Shown: one piece after another, positions 56,640-64,000 of the stretch
How the letters are laid out: the number at the start of each line of letters is the position of its first letter
Position numbering within the stretch: the first letter of the stretch is position 1
NCBI GenBank assembly: GCA_023213395.1
Contig: CM041465.1
Location: 161,703,741 to 161,767,740 of the forward strand
From: Cycas panzhihuaensis
Lineage: Eukaryota > Plantae > Cycadophyta
Reading direction: 5' to 3'
DNA length: 64,000 bases
Notes under the pieces: generated by a model
Told to the model about the DNA's origin: nothing
Seen by the model: only the letters and a program-made list of their open reading frames with translations
Database searches by the model: none
Made by a program: the position numbers and the translations under genes

Positions 56640-58160
56640 CAGTAATTTTAACAATATAACCATTCCACGTCATCGCAAAACCTAAGTGGGCCCGACTTGA
56701 TTCTGAGATATAGCTTCTGTTTGCATGTACAACAAGGCCGAGCTATTTATCGACATCCCGTTAATAGCGATATTATCTCCGGTTGGAATCGGAGAAATAA
56801 GTGACGCGTCCGGGCCGAGCATTTAATGCATTACACTAAACTCAATCATTGAGCGTGGAATTTAAGTGTGGGTACGGTTAGGATATGATTAATGATTTGC
56901 AAGGTACCAGGTCGGCGAGACTCTTGTGTTTGCTAACTTGGAATGTTTCCCAGCGTCTCCGCTATAGGAACTGACGGTAGATAATACCGCAGAAGCGATG
57001 CATCGTAGAACACGGCATTACATATGTGGTGATCATTCATTTTTCCGCTTGCGGAGAAAAGCTTAAATTATTGATCTCTCGTCATCCAATCAGGCTTCAA
57101 TGGCGGTATAATTCCACTTTTTGGTTGTAAAGCGCCCGTGACTTTGTCCTCTTTTTAAAAGCTCACAGGTGAGGAACGATCATATTAATTTTATTTTGGA
57201 AAAATATTACCGGATAGCAGAGTTATTTTGTAGGCCGTCCAGTGGAGTCGAGGATTTCTGAAGAAATTGTGCAGCGGCAATAATTTATGTAATGCTCTGC
57301 TTTTTTTCATTGTTGATCGTCCGTAAAGGCGCGATGTTAGGTGGATAAGGCGGTGAAATTTTCTGTGAACTTAGAAATGAAGGCCTGCAAAATATTTACA
57401 TGAAAATCTTGTGGAATTTGGGGAAACCATCTGTTCCCGCGCAGAAACGTGATGTCGTCGGAGAACGGAACGTGTTTAAGGGACGGACGAGGTGACGAAA
57501 CGGGGTATAAAAGCTATTGCTTACAGAAATTTAAGCTTTATGAGACTCGATCGGTATGGAAACTTTTCTGAGATCCTTTGCATGCAACTTCATTTTTGTC
57601 TTTATTCTTTCGTTTCCTATTATGTGCAATCTTGAGGTAATTTTCTGAATTATAAGATCCAATAATGGTAAGAACGCGTAGTTGATTATCGGCTTAATCT
57701 TTAAATACCCTCTCAATTGTTTAATTTGAAAATATTGGCTCATCTCTGCGTTCGATATATTCCTTGATTAGAGACAAAATTGCATATGCTACCCGTTGAA
57801 TTCTTCCTAGGAATTCTGTCGTATGTGTCTCTTGTGTATTTGCTGGGATTGGAACATAGGGTTAGTTGGGTGAAGGAAACAAGTCGCGCGATAATTAGGT
57901 ATAGTATGCCTGCTGTACAATGGATGCCTTTTTATTATGTATTTATTATCTTGCAACATCATCGCATGTGGCCATTCTTAATATGAACACAGGTTGTCCT
58001 ATAAACTCTAACGCCTTCTGTGCAATACACTTTTGTCAGCATCCGCTAATGTATTTCAGCATATGTTGTACGTGATTTGTAGTTGCGAGTAAGCTTAATA
58101 TTTTAGTGGTTTCAAAATATTTGTATTTAGGAATGGAAAACTCTAATTCGACGCTATCTT
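56640..58160 (+). promoter_or_regulatory. CpG-retaining island with candidate Pol II promoter (TATAAAAG at 57506)
   Basis: CpG density is sharply higher than in the flanks. CCACGTCA ~56665, TGGGCC ~56687, CCAAT ~57086 and a TATA box after a GC-rich stretch. No repeat or ORF recognised. Strand inferred only from the TATA box. Confidence 0.5.
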
Positions 58161-59311
58161 GATCTAATCATATCTATGTTTTTTTTTTTTTTTTATGGAT
58201 TTCAAACATTAATGAAAACAAAATAAATAGATAGTGGGTTTTAAATTCTTCGCTTTTTGTTCACTAGGATGTTGAGCTCGACTAACTCTTGCCTTGCTTG
58301 ATCACACTTTTTTATAGCACTTTCCCATTCCTTTGAAAAACTAGGCTCAAGGTCCACACACAAAGTCTACTCCATGCTTGGATCAACCACGTCAAAACAC
58401 TTAAGCTATAAAAACACTCTAGCTATTACAATATAAAGGTAGTCATCTCTTCCCTTCATTTTTTGCTTGCTATCTCTAGTGATAGTTTCATTTATGGAAG
58501 TTAATGGCATTGTAGGACTCCTACTCAAAAAAGATAGGGCTAATTATAAACCTTATCTATCTTTCCTTCCTTGCTTTAGGAGTTTTGACTAGCTTCCCTT
58601 ATGCAACTTGCTTTGTCTTCTTTCTTGCTTCCATAAATAATTTGTTGTGTCCTCTAGACTTGTTGTATGGTCTTTTCATTTAGCATAAGATTCTGATTTA
58701 CATTACTAATCCTATCTAAGTCACCACTGTAATATTCCATTTGTATCTATTGTCTGCACCTCATTCTATATTTTCTTTTTATGTTTTCAATTAGTATTTT
58801 AATATAATCATCTCTTGATATAAATGTGAGTTAGTTAAAAGCTCCATTAAGTGTGCAAGATGAATTTGATTTGTAGTTTACATTAAATTATGGAGTTAAA
58901 TAACCTCAAAGTTGGTAAGTCTAAATACACATGTTATACACATATAAACATTTTTAGGTGTACATATCCATATATTGTAAATAGTGTAAATACTAAGTCC
59001 ACTAAATAAATGTGGCTAAATTGTCTAAAGGATAAAAGTTAATAAGAAGGGGTACATGATATAAATAAGAGAAAAAATTCCTAGGGAATAAATTCTAAGA
59101 GACATGAATTTTATGTTCAATCCTATTTAATGATTCTACTTTTTAGCATAGACCATTTCTATGAGAGAAAAGAAATGTTAATAACAGAAGAATTGTGAGA
59201 AGGGCAAAAAGTCCAACTTATAGGCTATTATTAATGATATGAGGCTTGTGAGGAAAAAAAAAGTATTACTTTTATATTAGTATTAATTATAGGAGCCTTG
59301 TAATAAAAAAA

Positions 59312-62300
59312 TGTTAGAAATCATAAACAAATAAATCATTTATATATACAACAAGCATGAAATAAGTACATAGAAGAATTAATGTGGGAAACCTTGTGGT
59401 AAAAATCTACCACAAAATAATATCGATTATATTAATAATAAATTCATGAAGTATAATGGACTTTGGATTCCTTCAAATAGATCCATAAGTGCCTCATATA
59501 TTACATATGTATTATATCTGTCAACTCACAATAATATCACATTATTACATCACATAATTATTCGCATAATAATTTACCATATTGATATTAGTTAGTTTAA
59601 GTAGATATAATGCCACTCTAACATCCCTTCTTAATGTAAATATGAGGTCTTGAAGTCTTCATAAGAGTTGGACTAACCTTTCTCTTTATCCGTGTTGATA
59701 AATCTTCCCTCAAGGATAACTTTGCTAAGTCATAAATTTGCATGAATCTTGATGAAGTAATCTTCAGTAAGAGTTTTGGTCAATATATTTGTAAGTTGTT
59801 CTTCACTTAGATAAAACTCAACTTGTAACTTTCTTAATCTGATTTACTCATGGATGTAATGGTATCGAATCTCTATGTACTTCATATATGCATAAAATTC
59901 TAGATTCTTTGAAAGTCGAATAACACTATGACTATCAATATGTATAACAAGTATGCTAGAAGATATTCCAAAAGTCTCCAAAAATCCATGTAACCATACA
60001 GATTCCCTCACATCAGTACTTAGTCCTTGGTACTCGGCCTCTATAGAAAATAATGCAACAGTGGATTACATTTTAGATTATCATGGTACAAACCCATTAT
60101 TGATACCAAAAATATAGTCTACAATTGACTTTTAATCTTCAATATCTCCACCCAATCTATATTAGTATACCCATACAAGTTATCCATACAAGATTAAGTG
60201 TACTCTTAACATATTTTAGAATCGTCTTTGTAGTAACCCAATAAGGTTCTTAGGAATTCTACATGTAATAAGATACCAATCTAATATCATAAGTAATATT
60301 AGGACTAGTATAAGTTAAGTAAATAAAACTCTCTACCAATTATTAATATAAAGTCTCATCTACAGGTGGCTTATTTATATCCTTCATAAGTTTTGTGCCT
60401 TTCACACATGGTATCTTCGCAGGTTTACAATCCTTCATCTCAAATCTATTAAATAGGTTTTTAGCATACCTTGATTACGACATCACGATGTGATCATCCA
60501 TCTACCTAATTTCAATACCCAAAGTAATAAAGATGTCTGAGATCTATCATATCAAAAGCATATCCTAAATAGGCCTTTATAGTTGTAATAGTCTTATTAC
60601 AATTACCTATAATAATAAGCTCATCAATATATAACACAACAATAACTATTATAGTTCTACTCTTTTGAATATAAAGACTTAGCTCTAATTTTATTGTTAC
60701 AAAACTATCTTCCTTCAATCTAGTATTGATCTTATCATACTAAGTATGTGGTGTTTATTTTAAGCCATAAAGAGATTTTTTCAATTGGTACACTAAATGC
60801 TCTTGACCTTTCTTCACGAAACCAAGAGGTTGAGCTATGTAGATCTTCTCTTTCAAGTCTTTATTAAGGAATGATGAGTTTACATCTATTTGAAGTAACT
60901 TCCAATTAAATGTAGTTGTCAAAATAAAGATCAATTAGACTATTGACATCTTAGAAAATGGTGTAAATATCTCCTCATAATTAATTCCTTCTTTCTATTT
61001 AAAACTCTATACAACAAGTCTAGCCTTATACTTATCTACCTCTTTACTAGAGTGATATTTCGTCTTATAGACCCACTTGTAACTGAATAGATTCTTGGAT
61101 GGAGGTAAGGAAACCAAATCCCATAGATCATTCTTCATGATTGAATTATAGTCCTCCTCCATTACAACTCTCTATTGTGAATCTTATTTCACTTCCTCAT
61201 ATGAAATAGGATCATTAGAATCGTTAGTATCTACCACCAAAGTTTGACTGACATGTTAACTCTTTATTCTCCAACCATCTTCAAGATCTTTAACTGTTAC
61301 ACCAAAATCCTCAATGGCCCTTTCAGCCCATAATAAAACATAAGGTATTGTCCATGACTTAGCTTGTAATGGCTCCTCATCATTACTCCCACTAGGTCAT
61401 ATTTTTATTTCTGACATATTATTAAGCTCATGAATCTCTATACCAATTGAAACATAGCTTGGGATAAGAAGAAGTAGGGGATAAAATTTATATTCAGATG
61501 ACCTCTCAGTATGGTACACTATTAACTCATTAAACTTAACATCCCAACTAACTAAAAGTTTCTTTTCTTATGGATCCCAAAGTCTGTAAGACTTATTCTC
61601 TTATGGGTATCCCTTAAAAATACACTTTAAACTCTTAGGATCTAACTTCTTTCGATGTGTGTCCAAGATGTATGCATATGCATTGCACCTAAATACCATA
61701 AAATAATTAATGAAAGGTTTCTAATTGGTCCAACACTCTTCGGGGGTAATGGCACAAACAACCTTAATAAATACTTATTTAGAATATAAATAGTTGTCAT
61801 AATAACTTTTACTCAAAACACATGAGATAGATTCTTTACATATACCATACACCTTATTATCTCCATCATGGTAGAATTATTCTTCTCTGTAACACCATTT
61901 TGTTGTGGGGTACGTAAGATAGTTAACTTTCATTTAATACCATGATCAAGGTAGAACTGATTAAAGACATTATTATCATATTTCCTTTTATTATTAATCC
62001 TAAAAATCTTTATTTTCTTATTACACTCATTATCTACACCAACTTTTCACTTATAAAATTAATCAAATACATCAGACTTGTTCTTTAAAAAGAATAACCA
62101 AGCTTTTCTACAATAATTATCTATAAACATAAGGATAAATCAAGTACTAGAAATAGAAGGATTAGATAGAGGATCCATGAAGTTAGTATTGATAAGTTTA
62201 ACTTCTCCTTTGCTCTCCATGCACTATCCTTAGAAAATAGATAACGGTGGTGCTTTCTATACATATATCCTTCACAAACACCTCATGGCACTTAGGGAAA

Positions 62301-63110
62301 ACCTACCACCATCTTTAATTTATTCATAAAGTTGATGCGTCTATAGTTAAGATGATCCAAATGCTCATGCTATAACTTAGTCATATTATTAGCACTAGCA
62401 ATAAAAGCATAAGAATTATGTTAGGATCTAAATTTCTCAAACAACCAAAAGTTATTTTATACTCTTCTAATAGCAATAATAGAGGAATTTTTATTAAGCT
62501 CCTTAACTATATATCTATTATTGTAAAGCTCAATTTTCATACCTTGTTTGTAAAGTTCTCAAGTAGAAAGAAGATTAAGCTTCATCTTAGACACAGTAAA
62601 TACCACTAAACTTACCTCTTACAAGTAAAATAGAACCAACATCTTCTACAGGTAAAACATAAGCATCTCTAATAATCATATTAATATCACTTATACCTGC
62701 ATCTATAACATCAAAGTTTTGCTTCTAAGAGGTGATGTATTTTTATGTACCAAAATCTAGGATCTAATAATCTTTTTAATTTAATTCAAATGATAACATT
62801 AATACCCTAATACAGTGTGCCACTACACTTTTCCCCTTGTCATCTTGGTTAGCCTTGTGCTTATCCCATTTCTTAAACTCATAATTATTTTCTTTATGAC
62901 CCCCTTTCTTATAGTAATTACACTTACCAATAAACTTTTTCTTCTCTTAAGAGGTCTCACATATTTTCTATGTAGACTTTCCCTCTTGAATAACAACCTT
63001 TCTTTATGTCCTCATGACCAAAACCTGATTTGAACTATAACTAATAAGCATTCTATGATACTTCAACTTGGCATACTATGCTAGAGTTAAGTTTCTCAGT
63101 GACTCAAATG
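59312..63110 (-). mobile_element. Ty1/copia family Z copy 3: 3' LTR (59312-59623), RNase H, RT, integrase, protease and partial gag, decayed
   Basis: TGTTAG...CTAACA LTR with PPT. RT VLYIDELII..FDMIDL (ORF 60512-60718); *ILDFG protease remnant at ~62750-62768; integrase aligns to 1-460. Confidence 0.92.
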
Positions 63111-63119
63111 ATTCACCCT

Positions 63120-64000
63120 CCATAACTTCATTCCTTACATAGATAGTTTAGAGGGTTCTGTGGGTTGCAGACAAGCAGAGCAGCACTACAACGAGTGCAT
63201 CTTGAGTTAACATATGATTTCCAAACAATGGCAGTGTTAAAAAATACCAGGGAGGCATTCCCACCCCATATATAGAAATTTAGGGAGGCAGCAAGCATCT
63301 CAATCGAAATAATTTTAAAAATTATAATTAACAAATATAACACATACCTTAAGAATGATTCGTTGACTAATGGTGACTTTAGGTGGCTAATATTTAACTT
63401 TAGGTACCCTAGGGAGCCTCAAAGATGGTTTTGAGGGGCCCTAGGTGCACATCCCCTTCGTCACATTGGGGATTATCCAAACATTCTCCCCCATAAGCCC
63501 AATGTGAATGACTCCCAAACTTTCTCTAAATTTTTAGAATTTGATTTTTCTCAGAGCCTTTATAAATATGTCTGTTGTCTAATCTTCAATGCTATAATAG
63601 ACTAACTCGATTTCTTTTACTTGTACTAGTTCCTGAATGAAATGGTATTGAGTCTTAATGTGTTTTGTTCTACCATGAAAGACCAGATTCTTTGGCATTT
63701 GGATGATGTTTTGATTGTCGCACCAAATTCTGGTGGGACCTTACTGTTTAATTTGGAAATCCTACAATAGTCTTCTTAACCAAATTGACTCATATGCACC
63801 TGCTAATGTGGATTTATATTCTGCCTTGGTTGTGGATAAGGAAATTATATTCTACTTCTTTGTACTCTATGCTATTGCTACTGATCCCATACTGAATATA
63901 TAACCCATAATAGATTTTCTATTATCAACATCTTCTACCTTGTCTAAATCTGTATAGCTAATCAATTAAAATTTGGAGGAAGCTTCGTAATATAGCCCTA
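63120..64000 (-). mobile_element. 3' end of another copia element: LTR part (to 63483), PPT and RNase H
   Basis: CCAAACA followed by TTCTCCCCC (PPT on the minus strand). The minus strand reads VFHGRTKHIKTQYHFIQELV. Left LTR boundary uncertain. Confidence 0.85.

Noticed and set aside
57080-57175. miR166-like or miR390-like words (CAGGCTTCA, AAGCTCA)
   Set aside because: Matches are 7-9 nt only and no precursor hairpin is evident.
58179-58760. Poly(T) as the tail of a minus-strand LINE or retrocopy
   Set aside because: No recognisable ORF2 motif or TSD could be read; left unannotated.

Overview
AT-rich plant heterochromatin-type DNA; a large-genome seed plant such as a gymnosperm is my inference and cannot be proven here. 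I found no intact host protein-coding gene, rRNA, tRNA or CRISPR array. The window is a nest of decayed retroelements: several Ty1/copia copies, two chromovirus-type Ty3/gypsy elements, two ~3.1-3.3 kb solo LTRs with perfect 5-bp TSDs, two ~300-bp TRIMs, a ~19-copy ~370-bp tandem array that looks TRIM-derived, a LINE remnant, a 301-bp foldback element and three large compound (TA)n microsatellite fields. The long YIYI ORFs in the track are microsatellite artefacts. The most notable item is a 13-kb non-autonomous LTR element (21978-35233) carrying an intronless, pseudogenised copy of the tandem-BRCT N-terminus of an At4g02110-like host gene. Nested inside it is a young, pol-less, two-gag, three-LTR chimeric copia element. 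Nearly all repeats show heavy C>T/G>A decay. A CpG-retaining island with a TATA box at ~56.6-58.2 kb is the best candidate for live regulatory DNA. Everything was read by eye; coordinates of decayed domains are approximate.
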